A stretch of 64,000 nucleotides of DNA, from NCBI GenBank assembly GCA_964409245.1, contig CAYPCQ010000025.1, positions 8,429 through 72,428 of the forward strand. The letters are read 5' to 3'. This DNA comes from an uncultured Verrucomicrobiota bacterium (GTDB lineage: Bacteria > Verrucomicrobiota > Verrucomicrobiia > Limisphaerales > UBA1319). Made by a program: the position numbers and the translations under genes. Of the stretch, positions 33,750 to 42,411 are shown in pieces. Position 1 is the first letter of the stretch, and the number at the start of each line of letters is the position of its first letter. Under the pieces are notes generated by a model. That model saw only the letters and a list, made by a program, of their open reading frames with translations. It made no database searches and was not told the origin of the DNA.

Positions 33750-34826
33750 TTACTTGTTGAGCTTGATGACCGACAGCGTGGCCGGCAGCTGGTACTTGGT
33801 GTTCTTGAATTTGGGGAACGGCCAGTCCATGTTGGAAACGATGATTTCGTTGCCGCGGACCAGGGCCTCGCAGGGCTGGTCGAGCTGGCCGGTCAGCTTG
33901 TCCTTCACGTCCTCGTTCTGCCAGAGGGTTTCGACGGCTCCGTTGGGCCGGATGATCTGGATGGCGTTGGCGGCGGAATCGGCCACGTAGAGGTTGTTGG
34001 CGGCGTCGCGGTGCATGCCGTCGCAATTGATGAGCTTGCCGGGGGCCTTGGTGAAGACCTCGTTGCTCTTCACGCTGCCGTCCTTGTTGAAGATGATCTT
34101 GTGCATCACGCCGTCACCGAACAGGCCGACGAAGAGGTTGCCTTTGCTGTCGAACTCAATGCCATCCGCGCCGAAGCCCCAGTCGGTTTTGTAGCTTTTG
34201 AAGGTGGTGACGATGTGCGGGTCATTCTTCAGCGGGGTTTTGAGCACCACGGATTCCTCGTTGAGCTTGAACCGCAGCACGGCGCTCGTCAGCGGCTGCG
34301 AGCCTTCCTCCAGCACGGACTCCGTGATATAGACGTTGCCGCCGTGGATGGCGAGGCCGTTGGCCACATTGAAGCCGCTGGCCACGAGCACCATTTTCTC
34401 CACCTTGCCGTTCTTGACCACCAGCTTCCACATCCGGGATTTCTGGTTCTTGTCCTTCATGTATTGCATGTCGGCGAAGAAGAGATCACCCGCCGGGGAG
34501 GCGACGATGCCCATGGGCGCGATGCGGTCCACCCCCTTGGGCAGGCCCGGGAAAGGCGTGGCGAACTCATAGAATTTCTCCGCCTTGTTGTTCGGGGTGA
34601 TCCGCATGAGCACCGGCGGCTTGGTCTCGTCGTTGAAATTGGGGACCGAAACGATGATGCTGCGGTCTTTCAGCAGCGCCATGCCGTCCGGGGTATTACA
34701 ATAGTCCGGCAGCGCCACAAGCAGCTCCGCCTTGGGGGCAGCCGCCCGGGTGGACACCACATCCGCCGCCGCCACGGCCGCACAAAAGCCAGCCAAACAC
34801 AGGGTCATCTTATTCATAGCAGTCAT
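33750..34826 (-). CDS. secreted SMP-30/gluconolactonase/strictosidine-synthase-like beta-propeller protein
   Basis: ORF 33750..35000 trimmed to ATG 34826 (MTAMNKMTLCLAGFCAAVAAA signal peptide), with AAGGA about 10 nt upstream. Propeller-type repeats: GDLFFAD, ANGLAIHGGNVYITES, GNLFVGLFGDG, NNLYVADSAAN. Confidence 0.7.
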   Translation of the reverse strand: MTAMNKMTLCLAGFCAAVAAADVVSTRAAAPKAELLVALPDYCNTPDGMALLKDRSIIVSVPNFNDETKPPVLMRITPNNKAEKFYEFATPFPGLPKGVDRIAPMGIVASPAGDLFFADMQYMKDKNQKSRMWKLVVKNGKVEKMVLVASGFNVANGLAIHGGNVYITESVLEEGSQPLTSAVLRFKLNEESVVLKTPLKNDPHIVTTFKSYKTDWGFGADGIEFDSKGNLFVGLFGDGVMHKIIFNKDGSVKSNEVFTKAPGKLINCDGMHRDAANNLYVADSAANAIQIIRPNGAVETLWQNEDVKDKLTGQLDQPCEALVRGNEIIVSNMDWPFPKFKNTKYQLPATLSVIKLNK

Positions 34827-35013
34827 CTTCAGAATCCTTAATCTCTTAAGTTGGTAACGTTTTCCGTTTTTTGTCTGATGGGATATGAATAGCCCAGAAC
34901 CCATCAGCTCGGCAAGTTCAAACCGCCGCCCCTTGAATTTCCGAGGCGCCAGGGCGAAGGAGCAAACAGCCGGGGGCCGATTGCTCCCAGCTAAAGGCAC
35001 TTGGCACCTTGCT

Positions 35014-35766
35014 TCAATGCATCAACAAACCCCCGCTGACATCCACGGTGGCGCCGGTCATGTAGCTGGCGGCCGGCGAGGCGAGGAAAACCACCACCCG
35101 GGCGACCTCCTCCGGCTGGGCGATCCGGTGGAGGGGGATCCGGGCCAGGTATTGCTCTTTGCGCGCCTCCCATACCCTGGCCACCATCTCGGTCAGGACC
35201 ATGCCCGGGGCGACGGAGTTTACATGAATGCCTTCCCGGGCAACTTCCCGGGCCAGGGCGTGGGTCATGGAGATCAGGGCGCCCTTGCTGGCGTCATAAG
35301 GCAGATGGCCCGAGGTGGAGCCCAGGAAAGCCGAGGTGGAGGCGATATTGACGATCCACCCCGGCGCCCGCCGGGCGCGCAGCCGCTGGATGAACTCCTG
35401 CGCCGCCCGGAAAGCCCCGGTGACGTTGACCGCGAAGGTATGCTCCCACTCCTCGCGGGTATATTTCTCGAGCGGGCCGCCGGGGCAATGGGCGGCGTTG
35501 TTCACCAGCACGTCCACCGGGCCCAGCGCCTGCTCCAGGCGGTCGAAGATCGCGGCGATATCCGCCTCCCGGCCGATATCCCCGGGGATGGGCGCCGCCC
35601 GGCCGGAACCGATCCCGCCGGCCAGGGCCTCAGCCCCGGCACGGCTGCGGCAGTAATTAACACCCACCCGGGCCCCCTCCGCGGCAAACGTCCTGCAAAT
35701 CACCGCGCCCAGGCCGCGCGAGCCGCCGGTGACGAGCACCACCTTGTCCTGCAACCCCAAATCCAT
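35014..35766 (-). CDS. SDR-family oxidoreductase (FabG-like)
   Basis: VTGGSRGLG cofactor motif, NNAA, catalytic YDASK, 250 aa. Confidence 0.9.
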   Translation of the reverse strand: MDLGLQDKVVLVTGGSRGLGAVICRTFAAEGARVGVNYCRSRAGAEALAGGIGSGRAAPIPGDIGREADIAAIFDRLEQALGPVDVLVNNAAHCPGGPLEKYTREEWEHTFAVNVTGAFRAAQEFIQRLRARRAPGWIVNIASTSAFLGSTSGHLPYDASKGALISMTHALAREVAREGIHVNSVAPGMVLTEMVARVWEARKEQYLARIPLHRIAQPEEVARVVVFLASPAASYMTGATVDVSGGLLMH

Positions 35767-35777
35767 GCCGTTATGGA

Positions 35778-37133
35778 TTATCGGGCCGCCTGGACCAGAG
35801 CTTCGCTGTGGGCTTGGACCTTCGCAACTGCCTCAATGATGTGATTGATTTCGGCACGGCCGGCCAGAAGCAGGTTCTGGCTCATGCCGACCGTGTTGGC
35901 GCAGACTTGGCGGTTGCCCTTCAGTTCCCGGAAGCTTTCCCGGTAGGCCTTGAGCCGGGCGGCGCTGAAGAGCCGCTTGAATCCGCGCGAGTTGATGGCT
36001 TCATCCAGCAGCCCGTCGTGGTACTGCTCGGTATAGCCGCCGCCGCAGGGGATGCCCTCGGCATTGAGGGCCCGGACAAATTGGTCGCGCGTGAGGCCGT
36101 GGAACTGGCTGGCGTCGTAGCGGAGGGGATACAGGTGCCAGACCGCGCGGCTGTTTTCGGGCAGGCGGGCGGGCTGGATGCCGGGGATCTGCCGCAGGCC
36201 GGCCCCGAGGAGTTCGGCGTTCTCCCGCCGCACCGCGGTTTCGCGCGTGAGCTTGTCGAACTGCTGCAGGAGGATGACCGCCTGGAACTGCTGCATGCGG
36301 AAATTGCTGCCGCGGGTGAAGCTGCCGCTGCCCTTGAAATTGCCGAAAGCGCGGCCGCAATTGTGGAAAGCCTGGCAGCGGTCCACCAAGTCATCGCTGT
36401 TCCCGGTGACGGCGCCCCCTTCCCCGGAGGGCAGGTGCTTGGAATTCTGGAAGCTGAAGCAGCCAAGATCGCCCAGCGTGCCGCATTTGCGGCCTTTATA
36501 TTCAGCCAGCCAGGCCTGGCAGGCGTCCTCAATCACCGCGAACCCATGCTTTTTGGCGATCGCGTTGATGGGGTCCATATCGCACGGCATGCCGTAGATA
36601 TGCACCGGCAGGATGGCGCGCGTCCGCTCGGTGATCCGGCTTTCGATGGTGGCCGGATCGATGGTCAGGGTGGCCGGATCGGTGTCGGCGAAAACCGGGA
36701 GGGCTCTTTGGTTCAGGATGGCATTGTACGTGGCGATGAACGTGAACGGCGAAACAATGACCTCGTCCCCGGCGTCCACGTCCATGACCTGCAGGGCGAC
36801 CAGCAGGGCGGTGGTGCCGCTGGCCGTGGCCAGGCAGCGCCGGGCGCCCAGCAGCTGGGCGTAGGCCTTCTCGAACTCCGCCACGTGCTCCCCGCTGCCC
36901 CGGTACCAGCGGCCGCTGCGCAGCACCTCCAGCACCGCCGGCTCCCAGGTTTCGCGCCAGACCGGCCAGCCGGGCCAGCCTCCCTGGTGCACCGGGGCGC
37001 CCCCCAGCAAAGCCGGCTTGGATGCCTCGGCCGCCACGGCCATGGGAGCCATCCCAGTGCCCAGCAAGGTGAGCGCGGCGGATCCCGCCGCGGTTTGGTG
37101 AATGAAGCGACGCCGTGAGAGATGCTCTTTCAT
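35778..37133 (-). CDS. DegT/DnrJ/EryC1/StrS-family PLP aminotransferase with twin-arginine signal peptide
   Basis: ORF trimmed to ATG 37133. Tat motif SRRRFIHQTAAGSAALTLLG. DegT motifs ASGTTALLVAL and DEVIVSPFTF, with the PLP-lysine context FSFQNSKHLPSGEGGAV. Confidence 0.85.
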   Translation of the reverse strand: MKEHLSRRRFIHQTAAGSAALTLLGTGMAPMAVAAEASKPALLGGAPVHQGGWPGWPVWRETWEPAVLEVLRSGRWYRGSGEHVAEFEKAYAQLLGARRCLATASGTTALLVALQVMDVDAGDEVIVSPFTFIATYNAILNQRALPVFADTDPATLTIDPATIESRITERTRAILPVHIYGMPCDMDPINAIAKKHGFAVIEDACQAWLAEYKGRKCGTLGDLGCFSFQNSKHLPSGEGGAVTGNSDDLVDRCQAFHNCGRAFGNFKGSGSFTRGSNFRMQQFQAVILLQQFDKLTRETAVRRENAELLGAGLRQIPGIQPARLPENSRAVWHLYPLRYDASQFHGLTRDQFVRALNAEGIPCGGGYTEQYHDGLLDEAINSRGFKRLFSAARLKAYRESFRELKGNRQVCANTVGMSQNLLLAGRAEINHIIEAVAKVQAHSEALVQAAR

Positions 37134-37270
37134 AATTTCCCAAACCCTAGTGCGCCGGTTCCGGGCGGGCAACCAGAAAATGAAGCGCGGCAAGGCGGCG
37201 GCGCTGGCGGCCCAAGGCGGACCTTGCCAAACCAGTCCCGGCGCAGCATAAATGATCGTCGCGTAAAAGC

Positions 37271-38251
37271 ATGAAACCTAAGATTTGCATATTGGATTGG
37301 GCGGTGTCCCCGCGCAGCGATCCGGAAGCCCGGATCGAAAAGGAAATCATCGGGGAGGCGGCCGAAGTGGAGAGTTATTGGTGCCATAGCGACGCGGATT
37401 TCAACGAGCACGTGCGCCAGGCCAAAGCCCTCATCGCCTGGCAGAATTTCCCCATCACCGCGGCGGGCATCGGCACGCTCCGGCAATGCCGGGCCATCGT
37501 GCGCAACGGGGTGGGCTTCGATTCGGTGGATATCGCCGCCGCCGCCCGCCTGGGCATCGCCGTGTGCAACGTGCCGGACTACGGCACCGAGGAGGTGGCG
37601 GACCACGCCATAGCCCTGGCCCTGGCGCTGTGCCGCCAGCTATTCCCGCTGAACGAGGAGGCCAAAAAGCTGGGCTGGCTCATCCGGGTGGTCCCGAAAA
37701 TCCGGCGGCTGCGGGAGCTGGTGTTCGGGGTGGTGGGCCTCGGCCGCATTGGCACGGCGGTGGCGCTGCGGGCCAAGGCCCTCGGTTTCAAGGTGACGTT
37801 TTACGATCCTTACCTGGGCAACGGCGTGCACAAAGCCCTGGGCATCGCCCGCTGCCGCACCCTCCCCGAGCTGCTGCAAACGGCGGACGTGATGTCCCTT
37901 CACTGCCCGCTGAACGAGGAGACCCGCCATTTGATCGCCGGGCGGGAATTGGGCCTGATGAAACCCACCGCCTACCTGGTCAACACCGCCCGGGGCGCCA
38001 TCATCAAGAAAGCGGCCATCCTGGCCGCCCTGCGGGAAAACCGCCTGGGCGGCGCGGGCCTGGATGTGGTGGAGGACGAGCCGCTGCAAACGGCGGAGGA
38101 GGCCGCCACCCCGAACTTGATCGTCACCTGCCACGCGGCCTTCTGCAGCGTGGAATCGATCGCGGAAATGCGCTCCACCGCCGCCCGGATCGCCCGCGCG
38201 GCGGTGCTGGGCGAACCTCTGGAAAATGTCGTGAACGGGGTCCGCCCGTAA
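37271..38251 (+). CDS. D-isomer-specific 2-hydroxyacid dehydrogenase (CtBP-like)
   Basis: NAD motif VVGLGRIGTAVALRAKALGFKV, LVNTARGAIIK, and catalytic His context TCHAAF. Confidence 0.88.
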   Translation: MKPKICILDWAVSPRSDPEARIEKEIIGEAAEVESYWCHSDADFNEHVRQAKALIAWQNFPITAAGIGTLRQCRAIVRNGVGFDSVDIAAAARLGIAVCNVPDYGTEEVADHAIALALALCRQLFPLNEEAKKLGWLIRVVPKIRRLRELVFGVVGLGRIGTAVALRAKALGFKVTFYDPYLGNGVHKALGIARCRTLPELLQTADVMSLHCPLNEETRHLIAGRELGLMKPTAYLVNTARGAIIKKAAILAALRENRLGGAGLDVVEDEPLQTAEEAATPNLIVTCHAAFCSVESIAEMRSTAARIARAAVLGEPLENVVNGVRP

Positions 38252-38514
38252 TACCTTGCCGCGGGCAAACCGGCGGTGCGGCCGGGCCGGAGATCGCGAG
38301 ATCCGCGGCGCAAAAACCGGGGGCCTGCGAAGGGCATGGCTGCAAACCTTGGTTCGTAAGCGCCGCGGAAGCACAACGCATAAAAACGCGCATGAGGTGC
38401 GCGGAGCGGCGGACGGAACCCGGACGCCCAATTCCGCAGCCGATGTTACTTGGCCGCGGAGCGGCCGGCGACGGCAGCGTGGGTTTCAACCCATCGACAG
38501 GATAGAACGTTCGG

Positions 38515-38940
38515 TCAGGCCGGCTGCCCGCCGGGAATCTGGACCAGCTGAATGCCGAATTCCTGGGCCAGTTCAAAGGCGAGGGTGTCGCGCTCGTAGA
38601 TCTGGCGGAACACGATCCGGCGAATGCCTTTGGAGGCGATGAAGGTCATGCAGTGGCGGCAGGGCAGATGGGTAACCGCCAGGAATTTGCACTGGCCCGG
38701 CTTGACGGCGCGCAGGGCGTTCACCTCGGCGTGGATGATCCGCGCCCCGCGCCGCTCGCGGTCCGACCAGTCGATCTCCACCTTGGGCGGCGGGCCATTG
38801 TAGCCCAGGCAGACCGAATCATCGGTCAAAACCGCGCACGCCCCCACCTGCAGATAGGGATCCTGGGACCGGCAATCGGCTATGGTTTCCGCAAGGATCA
38901 ATGCGGTTTCTTCCCATGATTTGCGTTGGCGCGCCTTCAT
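38515..38940 (-). CDS. deoxycytidylate (dCMP) deaminase / CMP-dCMP deaminase zinc-binding protein
   Basis: ORF 38515..39303 trimmed to ATG 38940 (MKARQRKSWEE). Zinc motifs HAEVNA and PCRHC. Confidence 0.85.
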   Translation of the reverse strand: MKARQRKSWEETALILAETIADCRSQDPYLQVGACAVLTDDSVCLGYNGPPPKVEIDWSDRERRGARIIHAEVNALRAVKPGQCKFLAVTHLPCRHCMTFIASKGIRRIVFRQIYERDTLAFELAQEFGIQLVQIPGGQPA

Positions 38941-39253
38941 ATGGCGCCCAGCCTGGCAGGAATGGGCGCCGTCCGCAAACCCCATTGCATGGAGCGCCGC
39001 GCCGGCGGGCAAACAATTTTGGCCGGTGACCTGCGGCCGCCTGAATTCATTGACCGCCAGCAAGGAACCCCTCCGCGAGCAGGATGCCATCGGCCGCCGG
39101 CGCCTGCTGGCGTTGAAAAAGATCCCCGGCCATCCCCCATCTTGATCCTGGGAGCCACGCGCGGCGGGAAGCGAGATTGCCCTTGCCCCGCCGGGGGCGG
39201 GGGCTACCATAAGGAAAGCGAATGAAACGAGTGTACCTGAACGACAGGCGGAT

Positions 39254-40597
39254 ATGGTGAGTGACGCCCAGCAGGCCCCCCGCAGCGCGCCCGCTCCGGC
39301 CAAAGGCTGGAAGGATCTGGATTATGCCACCGTCCAGCAATGCATGCATTGCGGGCTGTGCCTGCCCACCTGCCCCACTTATACCGCCACCAAGCTGGAG
39401 CGCAACAGCCCCCGGGGCCGCATTTCCCTGGTGCGGGCCATCATGGACGGCCAGATGCCCCTGAACCGGGAGTTCGCCGAGGAGATGTATTTCTGCCTGG
39501 GCTGCCTGGCCTGCACGAGCGCCTGCCCGGCCGGGGTGAATTACGCCGAGATCTTCGAGCAAGCCCGGGCCGAGGCGGAACGGAGCAATTTGCTCCGCTC
39601 GCCCCAACGCCGGTTCATCCGCTGGCTGACGGTCAAATGGCTGTTCATGGATTTGCGGCGGCTCCTGCTGGCGGGGCGTTGCCTGCGGCTCTACCAGCGG
39701 CTGGGCCTGCAGAAGCTGGTGCGCGGCAGCGGGGTGCTGCGGCTGTTCCCCAAACGCCTGCGGGAGCTGGAGGCCATGACCCCGGACATCCCCCGGAAGT
39801 TTTCCGCGGACCTCATCCAGCCGGTCACCCCCGCCCTGGGGAAGCGCCAATACCGGGTGGCGGTGCTGACGGGCTGCGCGCAGGATCTGATTTTCAGCGA
39901 AATCAACCGCGACACCGTGGAAGTGCTGGCCCGCAATGGGTGCGAGGTCTTCACCCCGCCCCGCCAATCCTGCTGCGGCTCGCTGCATGGCCACAATGGC
40001 GAATGGGAGCTGGCCAAAGAGCTGGCCCGGCGGCAGCTGGACCAGTTCCCACCGGACCAATTCGACGCCATCATCAGCAACGCCGGCGGCTGCGGCTCCC
40101 ACCTGAAGCATTACCACCAGCTGCTCAAGGAGGATCCCGTTTACCACGAACGCGCCCGGCTTTGGGATGCCCGGCTCAAGGACATCCATGAGTGGCTGGT
40201 CGAAATCGGCATCCAGCCGGTGCCCGGCCGCAACGCCCTCGAGCAGGTGGTGACCTACCACGAATCGTGCCACCTCTGCCACGGGCAGAAAGTCGTGAGC
40301 CAGCCGCGGAAAGTCCTGCTGGCCATCCCGAAGCTGAAGCTGGTGGAGCTGGCGGAAAGCAACTGGTGCTGCGGCAGCGCGGGCATCTACAACATCGTGC
40401 AGCCGGAGATGGCCAATGTGCTGCAGGATCGGAAGCTGAAAAACATCGAGGCCACCCGGGCCACCGTGGTGGCCAACGGGAATTCCGGCTGCCTGCTCCA
40501 GCTCATCAACGGCGCCCGCGCCCGGAAGCTCCAGGTGCGCGTGGCCCACCCGGTGACCCTCCTGGCGGAAGCCTACCGGCGGGCGGAGGAAAACTGA
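39254..40597 (+). CDS. (Fe-S)-binding protein, glycolate oxidase subunit GlcF / heterodisulfide-reductase-like
   Basis: Two 4Fe-4S ferredoxin motifs (CMHCGLCLPTCP, CLGCLACTSACP) and two Cys-rich CCG-type regions (CCGSLHG, WCCGSAG). Confidence 0.85.
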   Translation: MVSDAQQAPRSAPAPAKGWKDLDYATVQQCMHCGLCLPTCPTYTATKLERNSPRGRISLVRAIMDGQMPLNREFAEEMYFCLGCLACTSACPAGVNYAEIFEQARAEAERSNLLRSPQRRFIRWLTVKWLFMDLRRLLLAGRCLRLYQRLGLQKLVRGSGVLRLFPKRLRELEAMTPDIPRKFSADLIQPVTPALGKRQYRVAVLTGCAQDLIFSEINRDTVEVLARNGCEVFTPPRQSCCGSLHGHNGEWELAKELARRQLDQFPPDQFDAIISNAGGCGSHLKHYHQLLKEDPVYHERARLWDARLKDIHEWLVEIGIQPVPGRNALEQVVTYHESCHLCHGQKVVSQPRKVLLAIPKLKLVELAESNWCCGSAGIYNIVQPEMANVLQDRKLKNIEATRATVVANGNSGCLLQLINGARARKLQVRVAHPVTLLAEAYRRAEEN

Positions 40598-40631
40598 GCC
40601 GCCGGGCGGCTCCTGGCAGGCATTCCCCCAA

Positions 40632-40772
40632 ACCATCCAATGGGGCCTCAAAAGCGGGCGCCAGATTGATCAATCCTCGGGCGCAACCGAACCCACGTTC
40701 CGGCCATGCCGGGAGTAATTTGGCCACTGGTTGGGCATTCCGGGCCATGGCCATCTCTTGTTGAATCGCCAA
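40632..40772 (-). pseudogene. possible relic of a type II antitoxin C-terminal half (low confidence)
   Basis: TTG-initiated ORF 40506..40772 with a TAA immediately upstream. It encodes PVAKLLPAWPERGFGCARGLINLAPAFEAPLDGL. This resembles the common antitoxin C-terminal pattern (PVA.LvP...r.fG.akG.i.i..dFdaPL). The N-terminal half is missing, there is no toxin partner, and the frame runs on into the GlcF-like 3' end. Confidence 0.25.
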
Positions 40773-40894
40773 TTATTGAACCAGTTCACCAGCGGGTTTT
40801 CCAGGGCGATGGCCAGCCTTGCGCAATGGCGTAAAAACCGCTTAACCACCTGCGGAGCATAAAGGCAATTTTTTCCGGCCTGCTGGCCCGGGCT

Positions 40895-41503
40895 TCAACT
40901 TTTCCGCAGGCGGAAATCCGACGGCCGCTGGTAGTTCTCCAATCCCCAAATGCCCCGGCGTTTTTCCTGGGCGCGGATTTGGGCGTTGATCAAGGCATGG
41001 CGGGTCTTGGCGGACAGATCGGTGGCGAACTCCTCGTAATACTCAGCCAGGCCTTCCTCCACGAGCCGCGCATTGACCATCGTTTCCCCCAGCCAAAGGA
41101 CGACCACGGGCCGTTTGAGATGATCCGTGGTCACAATCGCCATCGTCCCGCTCTGGTTGAGCGCCAGTTGGGAGGTGAATTTTTTGCTGTCGTCGGCGAG
41201 GGGCTGATCCTTGCCCCGGGGCTGGACGGAAAACTCCGGCGCATCCACCCCCGCCAACCGCACCGTAACCCGGGGATGCTGCTCCGTGCGCACCACCAAG
41301 GTGTCCCCTTTGACAATCTCGAGGATCACCACCGAGCCGGTCCAGGCATACTTTTTTTCGCCCGTCTGCAGCTGCTCCCTGGCTTCGACATAAGTCTGCA
41401 TGAGCCAGCGCCGGTTGTCGGCCTGCCTGAGGTAATAATACCCGGCGGCCCCCAGCACCAGCAAGACCACGCCCGCAATCAACTTTTTTATGAGCTTGAA
41501 CAT
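40895..41503 (-). CDS. membrane-anchored thermonuclease (SNase-like) family protein
   Basis: ORF trimmed to ATG 41503 (MFKLIKKLIAGVVLLVLGAAGYYY), preceded by GGAAGG. SNase pattern VVRTEQHPRVTVRLAGVDAPE..VNARLVEEGLAEYY..EKRRGIWG. Confidence 0.8.
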   Translation of the reverse strand: MFKLIKKLIAGVVLLVLGAAGYYYLRQADNRRWLMQTYVEAREQLQTGEKKYAWTGSVVILEIVKGDTLVVRTEQHPRVTVRLAGVDAPEFSVQPRGKDQPLADDSKKFTSQLALNQSGTMAIVTTDHLKRPVVVLWLGETMVNARLVEEGLAEYYEEFATDLSAKTRHALINAQIRAQEKRRGIWGLENYQRPSDFRLRKS

Positions 41504-41622
41504 TCCTTCCGCCCGTATTGGACGGCAACCTAGCCAAACTCCCAGGCCGCGTAAAGCAATTAGCCATCCAGAAATCACCGGCCTTGCCGCTGCCCGTCTT
41601 TGGCTGTTCCTGAGGCCAAGGC

Positions 41623-41823
41623 TCACGGCTGGGCCAGAACAGGCCGGAAACCGAGGAAGCTGAACCGGGCTTCGGGCCAGGTGATCACGATGGGGTTGGT
41701 GGCCGCCCCACGGTCGAACCAGATGGCGCTCTGCACCCCGCCCGCCGTCTGCCCATGGAGCGATAAACCCAACAGCAGGCCAATGGCCAGCCATAATCCG
41801 CGGGACGAACTCCAGGGTTGCAT
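41623..41823 (-). CDS. small secreted hypothetical protein (66 aa)
   Basis: Internal ATG 41823 of ORF 41623..41925. Signal peptide MQPWSSSRGLWLAIGLLLGLSLHG. GC3-rich codon use. No family recognised. Confidence 0.4.
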   Translation of the reverse strand: MQPWSSSRGLWLAIGLLLGLSLHGQTAGGVQSAIWFDRGAATNPIVITWPEARFSFLGFRPVLAQP

Positions 41824-41941
41824 GGTCACAGATTGGCGGAAACACCACGGGTTTGCCACCCCCATTTTTACAGCAATCAGCCGTTCAGGAGGATGCCCCC
41901 TGAACGGCTGAACGGCTGGAACCAACAGGCATTAACACCGG

Positions 41942-42196
41942 TCAGAAACAGGGCGGAGGCGGCGGTGGCGGTGGCCGCATAGGCCGGGGTGGCGGAGGCG
42001 GCGGACGCCTCGGCGGTGGCGGAGGCAGTTCGTCACCGGGAGGCGGTGGCGGCCGCATCATGCGGGATCCTTCACGCCCCGGGGGCGGCGGCCGGAAAGC
42101 CGGTGGACCACCCGGCCCCACTCTCGGCGGATGGCCGTAACCCACGCCACCCACCACCATTATTCCCGCCGCGATCAGCAAAGCTTTAATTCTCAT
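41942..42196 (-). CDS. small secreted poly-proline protein (84 aa)
   Basis: ATG 42196 is preceded by GGAGAAAGGA. Signal peptide MRIKALLIAAGIMVVGGVG, then PPPPG..PPPPPRRPPPPPPRPMRPPPPPPPPCF. Confidence 0.5.
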   Translation of the reverse strand: MRIKALLIAAGIMVVGGVGYGHPPRVGPGGPPAFRPPPPGREGSRMMRPPPPPGDELPPPPPRRPPPPPPRPMRPPPPPPPPCF

Positions 42197-42411
42197 AGCG
42201 ATCCTTTCTCCATCCATTTTGACTTGGGCGGTGTCAGAATATTCACGGCGAAAAAGCACTCAAACCGTCTCCCGGATTGAATAACAACCCTTCCCGATCC
42301 GTCCAACCGGCCCGGCTTGCCGATCCGAAAACAGCGCCCGCCACGGTCCGCCACGGCCTCTTTTCGGGGCCAGCCTGGCTTCCGCTCCCAGTGCCAGGCC
42401 CGCGGCCGCCA

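Noticed and set aside
38479-38494. GTGGGTTTCAACCCAT hairpin in the 263-bp convergent spacer, checked as a possible tRNA T-arm.
   Set aside because: The loop is only 4 nt, not the 7-nt TTCRANY T-loop. No acceptor, D or anticodon arms could be built around it. No tRNA was found anywhere in the window.
40700-40849. Alternative minus-strand frame reading ..ALENPLVNWFNNWRFNKRWPWPG.., which faintly recalls the NPV..GLV...WPWSS C-terminus of REP-associated tyrosine transposases.
   Set aside because: Only the NP and WPW residues match, the intervening residues do not, and it competes with the better antitoxin-like frame.
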